Positions 51,541-64,000 of a stretch of DNA of 64,000 bases are shown in pieces. Origin of the DNA: Octopus sinensis (lineage: Eukaryota); assembly GCF_006345805.1 (NCBI RefSeq), contig NC_043000.1, forward strand, positions 44,020,001 through 44,084,000. Reading direction: 5' to 3'. Every line of letters begins with the position of its first letter. Within the stretch, counting starts at the first letter, position 1. The notes under the pieces are model-generated. The model did not search any database, was not told the DNA's origin, and was given only the letters and a program-made list of their open reading frames with translations. The translations under genes and the position numbers were made by a program.

Positions 51541-54199
51541 ATAAAACTGGAAGACCAGGGAATGCAGAAGCAATCGATAGATATATCGATAAAAAGTTAA
51601 CCAATGTGGAGTCAGAGACGAGCAAACAATATACGCTTCCCCTTACTGAAGACACATATTAAATTGGTTAATGCATGTTTCTGAAGTAAATTATATTATA
51701 TTGAACACAACTGAATGTAGAACAATATGTTTTGTAGAAGAAAATATATCTTTATTGATTTGTTGTAGCTATTACTCCAAGACGAATCATTATTAGGGTA
51801 AGGCGTGAGTTTGAAGAAAATTATTGCTTTAAATATTTGTTTGTTTATACGACTTTTTTATTTCTTATATATTCGTTTTTCTTTAGTTTATATTTCTTTT
51901 TTTATTGCAAATGAATCTGTCTCGGCCAACATTTTTAATAAAACCAGCGCTATTAATGATTAGCGTTCACCAACATTGCTTCCGAACTTGTATTAGGAAA
52001 CCTTTCATTATTTTAAATAACACCGAAATTTGTAAAGCTGACATCTTTGTAATCCTAAGTAGTTTGGAGGTTAATTTCCTCGGGCTAAATTCTTTCCACC
52101 ACTTCGCTGACGCGATCTTACTTAGAGTCTATTTCTTTTTACTCGTTTGTAACAAAAATATTCTAAAAGCTTTTATAGGTGTCTACTACGTGAGTTTATT
52201 GGCAGATAACTCGCAAATTAGATGTCAATATAACGGTTTCTATGCGTTCAATTTCTCCAGTTAACTTAAAATATATCGACAGCCGTGCAGTATTATACTT
52301 GTGTAACTTTTTCTAATTCTTTCTTTTTTTATTTTGCTTATATTTTTACCCCATCTACATTCGTCATAAACGATATTATCCAGGCCTCAGGCATTGTCTT
52401 TAATGACCAGTAGATATTTCCCTCTTTCTTGTATTGGAAATTTTATGCTGGGAATTCAGAACATTATCATATATATATATATGGATAAAATATAGCTTTT
52501 TTCTTTCAGTTTATTAATGGCAGTGATGCTATTCAAATACAATGCATCATTGTGTAGCTTTATTGATATACTTAAATATATTGGCCGATTATATACACAC
52601 ATATATACACAAATACGTGTATATGTATGTGTGTGTTTATACATGCAAGCACGCACACTTGCATCCCCATGTATATTTACATATATATATATATATATAT
52701 GCATAGGGAAATGGGACATAGATAAATTGATTTTTACAAACGGAAGAAAGAAGTCCTGAATGCATTCTGCTTCTGCTTATTTTATATTAATTGTTATTCT
52801 ATTGATCATTTACTCCGATTCCAACCCGATTTTCAGGTCCGACAGGAAGAAGATAACTAAACCGTTGCCTCTGCACAGTTTCGAGCTAGAGATACGTTTG
52901 CTTGTTATATGTTTCTAAGAGGAATATTCAGCCGAGTCGTAATACTTCTTTTCTATGATACATTACTATAGTGACTTAGAATAGAGGTCTAATATTGGTT
53001 TTGATACTATAATAGTCAGATAGTGTTTGATACACGCCAACAATTATTATAATCGAAGAAAGCATTGTGCAAATTTTTAAAAATTCGCATCCAACATTAA
53101 GGAATTCCTCTTGAAGTTATATAGAAATGGGGAGATAGTTTTCCTAATGTTGAACTCGGTGAATCACATGATGCTTTGTTTCTGACAATGAGTAAAGAGA
53201 TGGTAACGGTGAAAAGTAACTTAGTTGTTCCTGGTATATTTTCACACAGCGTATTGACTTAAACTGCATCAGGAATGTACTGCCAACTATTTGCAATACG
53301 TTTACGAAGGGAATCATTGTTATAACATTGAGGATGGAAATTATGGTCATTAAAAGTTTCGCACATATTGAGCCAGTCTACTTAGACATATAAATTTACT
53401 GGCGCTACATGTTCTTCTCATCTATAATTTACGTGTTGACAGCGGAAAACTGACGTCTTTTGTTCCAATGGTGAAAGTTTTCACGACGTAATTAGTTCAC
53501 ATGCATACATATATAAATCGATATTTGATTTGTCTTCAAATACGCTTTTTCGTTCAAGCACTGATTGAAAAGTTTCATGATAACTCAACCACTCTTAGAT
53601 ATATTCTGTCCTGTAGATATATTTCCTTTTAGAAATTTAAATCGGTTCCATTGAAAGATGAGAAATCAGTAATTGTGAGGAATTCAGGTGCGTTTATGTC
53701 TCACTAAATGTTCTTTCTCCTATAAAGGATTTCAATCTCATAATCAATGTAGAAACATTTCCCACTAAGTATTTAAAATCGAAATTATATGCAAACATGA
53801 GTGTACCAGACATGGTTTCAACATTCAATTAAAGCTACCGATCACAAGCGGATCTACTACGAAGTATACCTAGAAGAATTTGGTGGCTAATAAACAACGG
53901 AATCGCATGCACATCACACTTGAACGTCTACAAACAGGGTGTACTTGATATAATATATTTTGAGCACAGTATGATTGCCACGCAACAGATTGTTGATGGA
54001 TTGAATGTTTTTCATCAAAAGCTTACTTGATCATGTTGGACTTGAGGCTAAAATCAAAATAATTTTTAATTCCTTGAAAAAATAACATGTTGGCCGTTTT
54101 CAAATAGAATATATAAGTATATTTAATACATTCTAACGATTGAACTAGAAATATTTGTCTATTTTGTAGCCAAGCAATAAGTGCAGTGAAGTTCATAGC

Positions 54200-54520
54200 T
54201 CGTATACTTTGCCTTCTAAAAATTAAAACAGAAAATGTTATATCTGCTTGGCGGCGAATTGACGTAATTCTACGAGTCACTGGGTAGAATAATTGGCCGA
54301 ACTTGTTACTATTCCCGACACTCTGAGTATAAATATCAATGTGGTCAATAAGTACAAGTAAAGTTAACAGCTGGTATACTTTGTCTTCTAAAACCTATAG
54401 CAGATACAAATGTTATATATCCTTGGCGGCGAATTCCCATAGTGTTATTGGTTAGAATACTTCGCCGAATTTGTTCCTATTCACTGCTCTCTATGTATAA
54501 ATATCACTGTCGTCAAAACA
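54200..54520. repeat. Diverged two-unit tandem repeat (~173-bp period)
   Basis: gtatactttg(c/t)cttctaaaa...aatgttatat...cttggcggcgaatt...tagaata...gccgaa(c/t)ttgtt...gtataaatatca occurs twice. Confidence 0.7.
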
Positions 54521-54694
54521 TTCATTTTATCAAATCAAGATTTAGATAAAACTTAATTTATTTCGGGGTGTGATCCCTCGCAGAATCTGTTCTGGGACTG
54601 AACCTTCTTACTGCAGCACCAGTTCTGGACGAACGTGTGCAATGGCATCCTCACCATTGAACAGTCAAACAAATCACCCCAGTTCATATTTTAA

Positions 54695-54925
54695 AACTTG
54701 TTACCTGTTTCATCTCTCTCCTTTGCCGAACGTTAAGTTACGATGAGAAAAAATCGTGAACACAAGTTGTCAAGTTGTAGTGGACAAGACACGCACACAC
54801 ACACACACACATGGCGTGTTTCTTTTAGGTTCCGTCTCAATATCCATTCAGAAACCCTTAGTAGGATGTAGGCTATAGCAGAAGACATTTACGTAAGATG
54901 ACACGCAATGGGACTGAGCGATTTA
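54695..54925 (-). mobile_element. Old degenerate SINE family A copy
   Basis: ctttgccgaacgttaagttacg..gttgtcaag..ttccgtct..ggctatagcagaagacattt..aagatgacacgcaatgggactga. Confidence 0.65.
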
Positions 54926-56098
54926 CTTACTCGTATATGTGTGTGTGTGTGCATGTATGTATATATATTTATATTCATATTTATTTATTTAATTATTTAT
55001 TTTTGTTTATTTGGCACTTACTAATCTATAATTAATTTAACTTATAATTAATAAACTTATTCTAAATTAATAGTAACCTCTGTAGGTGTGTGAAAATGTG
55101 TATGTGTAAGTATATATGTTTTTGTACATATAGGTATGATCGTGGGTGGATGTACGGATGTATGTTTTTATTACACATATAAGCACGCAGGTGCGTATTT
55201 GGATGTGTATATATGTATATGCGAATATTCATTCATGGGTAGATATAAATATGGGTTTTATTTGTACGTATGAGTGCGCAGATATATATTTAAAAATATA
55301 TATATATATATATATGTGTGTGCGAAAGTTCCCTGACACAGTATAGAAAATGTATTAATATTTATGCGTATATGCGGATGTGCGTGTGAGGGTGTGTGTT
55401 AGTGTTAGACACTGCTGCCTGTAGTGATATGTCTATAAACCATACGATGACAGACATGCACTCTCCAATTTATTGTAGAGATGTGTCGGGGTGTATTCAT
55501 GTGTGTGTACATGTGTGTGAGTCTCTGTGTGGATGTATGGGTTTAGGGTTAGATGTGGATGTGGATGTTTTGCTTGTACGGTGTGGTGGAGTTCGGGCGG
55601 TTCTCAATTGACCAACCGTGAGGAAGATAATGATAATTTTAAATTCAAATCCAATAGTGTATTTATGTCATAAGAAAAATTATTAACTGGAACACGGACA
55701 TACATATATTCCGCTCTGGATCATAATGTAAGTGTTATTAATAATATTATGAATGATAATAATAACATTAATGGTATTGACAACGATAATGATACTAACT
55801 TTAATGACACTTTAGAAGTAATATAATGTACTATTGACTATGTATATTTGCATCTAGGTATTAATTTGTGTATGTTTATTATCACAATATTAAATCGAAA
55901 AACGGAGTCATTGAGTGTGGAACACATATATATGTTTACTAATTTATATTATTTATTTATATCATTATGTAAATGTATATTTTTATATGTATAGGAGTGT
56001 GAGTATATGCACTCATATGTATATATATATATATGTTGTATTATGGGTAAGCACCCACACCCATGTGGGTATATATGTAGACTGAGTTATATTACATA

Positions 56099-56225
56099 AT
56101 CTCCGAAGAGGCCTTGTGATATTTTTGTTAATGTCTCATTTATATCTATATATTGACCAACCATAAAGGGCTGATATTGGTAAAATGAGACATACTTATC
56201 GACATGGCCGAAACAGCTGTAAGAT
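56099..56225 (+). ncRNA. Hammerhead-ribozyme-like motif with extended stem II
   Basis: ATCT-CCGAAGA-GGCC(ttg)...[inner stem atgtctcattt/aaatgagacat]...(cat)GGCC-GAAA-CAG/CTG-T-A(56221)-AGAT. Palindromic stem III and a GUA triplet are present; the core has U4>C. Confidence 0.6.
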
Positions 56226-56566
56226 CTAATTTATACTTATATATATTATATACTTATATATATTTACTTGTATTTATATTCTACTTATTATACAACATTA
56301 CTCTTTTATGTACACTTTTTTATGTACACTGATTTGTTCTGCTTTTTATATTTAACCCTACAGTCTCTTATGTGGTGGTTTAATAAAGTATGTGATTGAG
56401 TATTATCTGGTAATTGAAATTTTATTTAGATGTATTTCTCCATTTTCTTATCTTGAATATACAGATATATATATACACACATTCATACATATATATACAG
56501 ATATATATTTATACATACATACAGACACACACACACACACACACACGCACACACACACACGCATGC

Positions 56567-56601
<35 letters not shown>

Positions 56602-59600
56602 GACTTATATATATATATATATAAAGCGAGAGCGATAGAAAAAATGAAGAAGTGGGAGAAAATCATCGACATGTTTCCTAAATCTTTTATTAATTTCGGC
56701 AGTAAAATTTTGCCTGGCAAGAACTCAGCAGTTAATCTTTTTGGTTACGTCTCTTTCAAATGAATATTTGATTATTCTAGAGCAATATTGTGTATAATGA
56801 TTGACGATTGCTTACAGTTAAATGTGTGAAAGTTTTATTTTGCCGAACATATGTATTTCTAACTATTTGTGTTTAATCGCATAGCAATATATATTTGTTC
56901 AGTTTCTACTTCTCATTAAAAAAATAGAGTAGAAATGTCAGCCGTGTTTATTGATTAAAGTTCAAGTAACCCAAGAACTGTGCTATCTCTGTCATCCTCT
57001 TTCTGTTTCCCTGTGTGTATCTTTGTCTCTCTCTATCTCGTTCACTTTCTCTTATCGTTTCTCTTTCCTTCGCTTTCACTTCGATTGTCAATAAGACCCT
57101 TCAGAGAATATACATGAAACAGTTTCTATAAATAAATAGATTATCTGAATATAGTTGTGTGTTAAGGCCCTTAATCAACCTGATGCCGAAATGATATATT
57201 TATCTAATGTAGATAGATACATTAAAAGCCTAATGGGTAAAATAGCAAGCACAAAAGCTCTTTATTGAGATGGATTACTCTGAAGTAACTCTGAAAGAAG
57301 ATTGATTGTGAACATTATGTACACGATTCATATTAAAAACTCCCGAGAGAAAAACTTGTCCAGCTTCTGACAGATATTAAGTTGCGACTGTGTGATGGCA
57401 GTGAGATATTCGAGATGGTGGATGAATTGAAGTTAGGAAAATGTTTACACTTTATTGAGCAAGTAATGAAAGAATTTTAATTTTGATTGCTTGTAAATTA
57501 TTTTACTTCAAGTTCGAAACTTCCTCATCCTTGCAAAAGGAGTAGTAATTTGTATTAAATATCTTTTATTAATGAAAAATGTAGAATGATGATAAAAATT
57601 ATTTATGATTATAATACACCCACTTCGACCAATAATGACATATGTGAAACACAGAATAAAAATAGATACAGGGAAAAGCATTTTTCACTTTTATTTGTTC
57701 CTTTTTACAGTATCTAACGATGATGTATGTTTCGATTCTTATAATAATTTGTCACATTTTATGGTATTTCAGTCTTCTTCAGATATACGAAGTGCCTTGT
57801 TAAGAAACAAGAGGTGTACATTCAAGTCTATGTTTAAGTGCCAACAATTTGCTGCCATATCTTTAGTTGATACAGAAAGAAATGACATTGAGAACAAGAC
57901 ACTGAGTTGTTAAAAGTAATCCTTTGCAGGTATTTAAAGTATTAAAAGTAACCCGTTGCAATTATGAGATCCCAGGATCGATCACGGTATATGATATTTA
58001 GAGGAAATATGTTAATCGTATACTGGTTCCCCTACATGTCATATGACTAAATTGGTTTAAACAGAAACTGTGTGTAAAAACGCATGTTAGAATGCATTAT
58101 ATTCAAACTGGAGATTTGGGAATTTCACTATCAGCTCACTGATAAAGTTATTTCTACAGGTTTCTGAGAAGTACCCGACTGATTACACCCTTACTGAACA
58201 AATCAGATATTCAAATCAACAAGTGAATGTCCATCGCTGAAACTGACTGCTGACCAAGCCTTCTATTATACCAGAATAAATGGTGAGATACAAGTGGCTG
58301 GATCATTATTATAAAAGCTAAAGACCAAATAGACAGACTGAGAGCTCGGTAACATTTTACATTCCCGTGCCGTGTCTAGGAAGCAGCAATTAATGCATCA
58401 ACTTTCCACTTGAGACGAAAAATTCATCTTGGCATTGTGCACCAAGTTACAGTAATAATACCAAAGACAACAACGTCGAAGACAATGACGACGGCAATGA
58501 CGAGGAGGACAACAAAGAACGAAGATAGTAATGTCTGTGCCGAGGATTTTCCTCTTTATAATGTTGTTAAAGGTGATGGTGACGGTGATGATCTAAGGGC
58601 TGCAGTACTAATACTATTGTTGATGAGGATAATAGCGGTTGTAGAGTAGATGAGGATACAGCGAATGAAATAGAACAAAAAAGGATGAACACGCTGAGAG
58701 TGTTCTGACTATGAAAATACCAAGAAACTGAACAATACATTTTGAATACGCAGAAGCGCGCACCTGACCAAACACACATGGGAAATAAGCACACATTTTT
58801 TGAGTCCTGTGAATTGTATAATTGTTTCTAATTCGATAAACTTTTGAGCATTGATATAAAGAGCAGTGTTGGAAATTGCATGATATGCGATTCTTAAAAA
58901 CAATGTAAAATGTCATATTAGTTCTGTATAATTATTTACATACGTACATTTTATTTTATCAACACGTCAAACTCTATTGTGTAAAGAATTCTTCTCATTT
59001 CTAATCAAGGCTAATCAATATAGCTTGTATTTTAATTATTTATCTACGCGTGTTTTTGTCATATTCGTATCAGACACGCAGCTGAATGATTAAAAGTTCA
59101 TATAATTGTAGGTATCTCCGTTGAGTTCCGAGGCGAGACTTTAACATTAGATTGTTCAGTTTATCAGGCTATTGGTAATTATCGTGCACACGTTAATATG
59201 AATTCACATCTTGAATACTGTGGACATGATATATTTAATGTATGTAGATATTTAGCCTGAGGTCTTGCTGCTAATTCTTCTAATTAACGGTGTAAATTAC
59301 TTTTGCTCCTTGACAGCATCACCCTTTACTGGAACTCTATCCATATTTCAGTGAAATATACAGACATTGCTGAATATGTTCTCCAACCTTGTAAGACCTA
59401 TCATTTTATTAAAGCGATTAAAGATATTTCAGAATAAATCTTAAACTGGAATGTAGCAAATGAGAGTTATTTTGGATTCTGTATAAGGATTATTTGTCAT
59501 TCACAATAAAATCAGGGGGAAGAGTGAGTAAATGTCCCAATTCTACTTGTGAATATAAAAGACTAAGTAAGTAGAATTGAAAAATAAAATCAGTTTCTGT

Positions 59601-60363
59601 CATATAATTGGCCGCAAATTGGCGTTTCTTCAGACGTGGCCTAAATGATATTTATAGATACATGTCCTAGACAATACAAGAAATACGAAAATGTTAATGC
59701 ATGCATGTTTCCATAATTTTGAATGTTAGTTGTAGTAAAGTTCTCGATCAGTCTTCAGATACCTTATCCGATTCAACCAGACTTAATCTCAGAACATTTC
59801 AATTACAACACACTTGCTGAAAGACATCCCTAACAAAAATTTATAATGAGAATGTTGTGTGAGAAAGAAAATATAATAAAATTCTACCCATCACGCTTGC
59901 GTACTGAGAAGTATGATGGATTAAGAAAAGAGACAAGGAAACAAAAAGAGAAGGAAAAATTATTGGAGTTTAACTTGTATACGGACAAAAAGATCGAAGT
60001 TCACAGGAACAGTAAAATGGATATGAATTGAAGTAAATGGACTAAGATTGACCATAACAACAGTGGAATCAATATTATAAACTTTGTTTTTTCTAAGATA
60101 TTAGATTTCATTGGATATGCCTAGAATAGAATGAATTTTGGAGAAGCTGCTCTTTAATTATCATTATATTTTTTTATATTTCATATTATTTAACAGTATA
60201 TGATATCTTTAACGCTGAATCCGAATAACAGAGACAAAGGTTGTTTGTTTTAAAATCAGACATTCCCGATAAGAACGACAGTCTGGCGAAATATCATGCA
60301 CAAATCAATATAGGCTATAATAGCAAAACCTCGTATTTGATACTTTTCCTTACTGCTGCTGCT

Positions 60364-60440
<77 letters not shown>
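60364..60440. repeat. (TAC)n microsatellite
   Basis: Direct reading of the sequence. Confidence 0.95.
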
Positions 60441-61139
60441 TTGCAGCTGCTGGTGGTCCTCCTCCTCCCTTTCTTCTGCACAACTTCTTTCTTCTCTTGT
60501 TTAATTATCAAAACAAAAAACAAACAAACAGGGAAAAATAAATCGACAAATCTCAACTACATCACAGTCTGTCACGTTTTGGAAGGATGAATATGAATCA
60601 ATAATAATATAGTCTTTTGTAATATATATCTTAAAGACGAGTTAATAGAGTTTTAAATGCACTTGATCATATGTCTGTTCTATGTGAGCTTCCATGCAGC
60701 TAAGTACAATAATCTCTGAAAAATATTGAGTGTAGCGTCACAGAAACAAAGTACATTATGACTATTGCGCTGCTTGTTACGTTGCACTTCAAATAGGGGC
60801 GTAAGGATTCTTCTTATGTAATGAATATACAGAGTATCACGTCCAGAAGTGTACCGTATTGACACATATTTTGAAACACATATGGTTGAAACTGGAATAC
60901 GTTTGTATATAAGTTTTCTTATGAATGACTGTTCTTTGATGTACACTCACAGCAGCATTTTATAATGTAGTTCATGAAACAATAACAGCAAATTAAAGCG
61001 TTGTATTATCATAGGGCTTAACGCAAAATCATAGGGCTTAACACAACCTGCGCGTCGCAAGTCCGCATAGGACTTCATAAAAGTGTCAAGTATCTAACAA
61101 GTGCGTATATGCAAAAGCCAAACCGAATTTTGCTGCTTT

Positions 61140-61990
61140 AAATTTACAGCTGACAAATACCCCACAAATACTTTTGCCAGCCCTTCTGCATCCTCCCACA
61201 TGACATCGACCCTCTGGAGATCTTCCTTATCGCCTTCACCCATCTCCTGCTGAGCCTGTCACAGGACCTCTTCCAGTCCACAGTTTCTGCGCCGAACGAG
61301 AATAAGGCTCTGGGAAACGGCGAATATATTCCATACCAGCACATGCGGTAGATTGCACTGATGTTGGAAGGCTTGAGGCTGATGCTTGGACGCACGCACC
61401 TCTTCGTTGAAAACGTGATGGTACCACCTGATGTTTTCGAGGGTCCTCAGAACTCTGCTGTCGAATCCGTTGATCTACGTTGCCAGGGTCTCCTTGAAGG
61501 GCCAGGTTTCTGCTCTAAAGAGGAGAACGGAAACGACCAACACGTTGCAGATGCCGAGTTTCACCTTTTGTGAGATAGAGCAGTGATCTAAAGGAGGAGA
61601 TCTTCAAACATCAACCAGTTTGCGCGTGAGGTACTGATGGATTCAAGTCCTCTTCACAAGCGGCCTTGGATTTCACTGCAGACACTGAAGATAACACATT
61701 TATTGCCGTGAGGATCGCCTGCTCTCAGACGTAATTGGATACTACCCGCCCATTCGGATGCGCAACAAGGCCATCACGAATGACTGGGAGAAAGAAACAG
61801 TTCAGAACCTCCGAAGGAAAGGGTGATATTTCTGAGTGAAAGAGCACTTGAAGGCAGCGGCAAGGGACGACGACTGTAGCAGGTGTTCAACAGCTTCACA
61901 GACCTCGCTCCAGTACCTTATTAAAGACAGTCTTGGTGAAGGATACCAGCGACAAGGACATCAGCAGGGAAATCGACCACTTCGAAAGGA
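61140..61990 (-). mobile_element. RTE-clade LINE 3' remnant
   Basis: KVKLGICNVLVVSVLLFRAETWPFKE...INGFDSRVLRTLENIRWYHHVFNEEV, then RMCWYG...WKRSCDRLSRRW (cf. RTE LLYG.ETW; LRW.GH; KR..GRP..RW). Confidence 0.8.
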
Positions 61991-62068
61991 GCAATTCAAC
62001 CTACTTCATATTCAGTGCATTATTTTCCATTAGCATTTAACAGATCATTCAATTTTCTCTACCTTCGG

Positions 62069-62096
62069 ACTACTACCACAGCTGCTACTACTACTG

Positions 62097-62157
<61 letters not shown>

Positions 62158-62189
62158 CACTACTACTACTACTACTACAGCTGCTGCTG

Positions 62190-62257
<68 letters not shown>

Positions 62258-62688
62258 TCGAAGTGGAAGCGAGATATACTTCCATTTCGGTACTTAGCTC
62301 TTGCTCAGCGTTATATCCAAGGATACCGTACACTTTTTCACTTTTCTTTTATTGATAAAATCTAAGCCTCGTCTTCAAGCCCATTCATCATCACAGTCAT
62401 CAGGAGTAGCATTAGAACCACCAACACCACCAGCCTTGTTGCCCTGTTCCCAGTAAACATCGTGGGCGACTTCTACTTCCATTTCTTTCCTTATTCTCCA
62501 TTTGTGTCGTTTTCCATGTTCTTTTCTTTCGTATTTCACATACTTTCCTATTATTATCGTAAATTTTACCTTTTTAGAAATTTTAAATCGCCTTCATTGT
62601 ATTACTATATATTTATGTTTAATCTCCTTCATTTATATTTACTAAGAGATTTCTCTATTCCCTTCATATTGATGTGCTTATCGCTGTT

Positions 62689-62728
<40 letters not shown>

Positions 62729-62782
62729 AACTACTACTACTACTACTACCACCACCACCACCACCACCACCACCACCACCAA

Positions 62783-62819
<37 letters not shown>

Positions 62820-62820
62820 G
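62069..62820. repeat. Two (TAC/CAC/GCT)n trinucleotide tracts (62069-62257, 62691-62820)
   Basis: Direct reading of the sequence. Confidence 0.95.
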
Positions 62821-63239
62821 TTCCACTTTTTCTTCTTCATTTTCTAATTATTCGCTCTATTCTTCATTATTTCTATTATCTCATGCATAAATATTTTCAT
62901 ATTATTCTTCGTTCTTTAAAAAGTTCAGTCTCTGCAGTATACTCACATAAGTATATATTTATACTTATAAATACATACTAAGACACGCGTAGACATACTT
63001 ACATATATAAACTAATACGTATTTCATAAATCTATGATACAGTACTTTTATATATATATTTCCATATGTATAATACAATATATTTCGTTCGTGCGTTTGC
63101 GTTACTAAATAATGTCGTATGTGGTAAATTATAGCTGTGCATTATATTATCTTAAACTCACTGACACGTAATGACATTTTTAGGCACGATGAAAAAATTC
63201 TAATGTTGTAGGCACCCACACATACACACATATTCGTAT

Positions 63240-63560
<321 letters not shown>

Positions 63561-64000
63561 TATGTGTGTGTGTGTATACAGAGACACGAATGTATAATTA
63601 TTTAAGCACATATTTATATACACTCACATACATGTACAGGCAAATGTAGGGGAAGAGAGTGAGTGTGAGAGATTTTTAGGTATTTATACTTATAAATGCA
63701 CAAATATATTCGTAGTCAGCTAGATACACATGAGAAATGCTTAAGTAAACCCTGAATATGCTAATGTTTGTCCACACACATACATACATACATTCCATGT
63801 CTGCACGTAACCAATCTTCAGCAGCAAGAGTGTTCGTTTCATATATATTTTATCTAAGATATTACGAGTTATGTAATACTTCTGTAAAGCATACCTTTTT
63901 GCTCCATCAAATTTATGTGTGATACCCTTTTACTTAATATCTGATTGCAGATTTTTTTTATAAATTTCCAATTAGGTATTTGCCATGGGTACATTCCAGT

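Noticed and set aside
54565-54660. GV..ESVLG.NL reminiscent of RT motif GVPQGSVLGP
   Set aside because: Too short and degenerate to call.
58410-58700. Acidic/Asp-Asn-looking ORFs
   Set aside because: Degenerate (GAC/AAC/GAT)n low-complexity DNA.

Overview
This is AT-rich, microsatellite-saturated eukaryotic DNA. The tRNA-derived SINE families and (TA)n/(CA)n/(TAA)n/(TAC)n load look like an octopus (coleoid cephalopod) genome; that is an inference from recalled repeat families, not a database result. No complete host gene can be read. Most ORFs in the supplied track are microsatellite artefacts. Recognisable transposable elements: two SINE families (about 12 copies); a 5'-truncated R4/Dong-clade LINE (RT plus restriction-like endonuclease) inserted in a (TAA)n tract; CR1-like and RTE-like LINE 3' remnants; a Penelope-like GIY-YIG remnant; two Tc1/mariner relics; MITEs; and possible Helitron/Helentron debris (OTU-like, PIF1-like motifs). 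Three observations stand out. (1) A 2.0-kb retro-insertion with a 16-bp TSD carries only a gag-like CCHC ORF1 (no RT) and splits the tRNA head of a SINE. (2) At least five dispersed minimal hammerhead-ribozyme-like motifs occur, several as inverted pairs inside long palindromes. (3) Long foldback structures are dense, including a ~205-bp-arm palindrome inside a near-identical 721-bp tandem duplication. Weaker host-gene signals are a CCAAT/E-box/CpG promoter-like island at ~37.6-38.0 kb and a 154-codon candidate terminal exon at 1.46-1.93 kb (minus strand).
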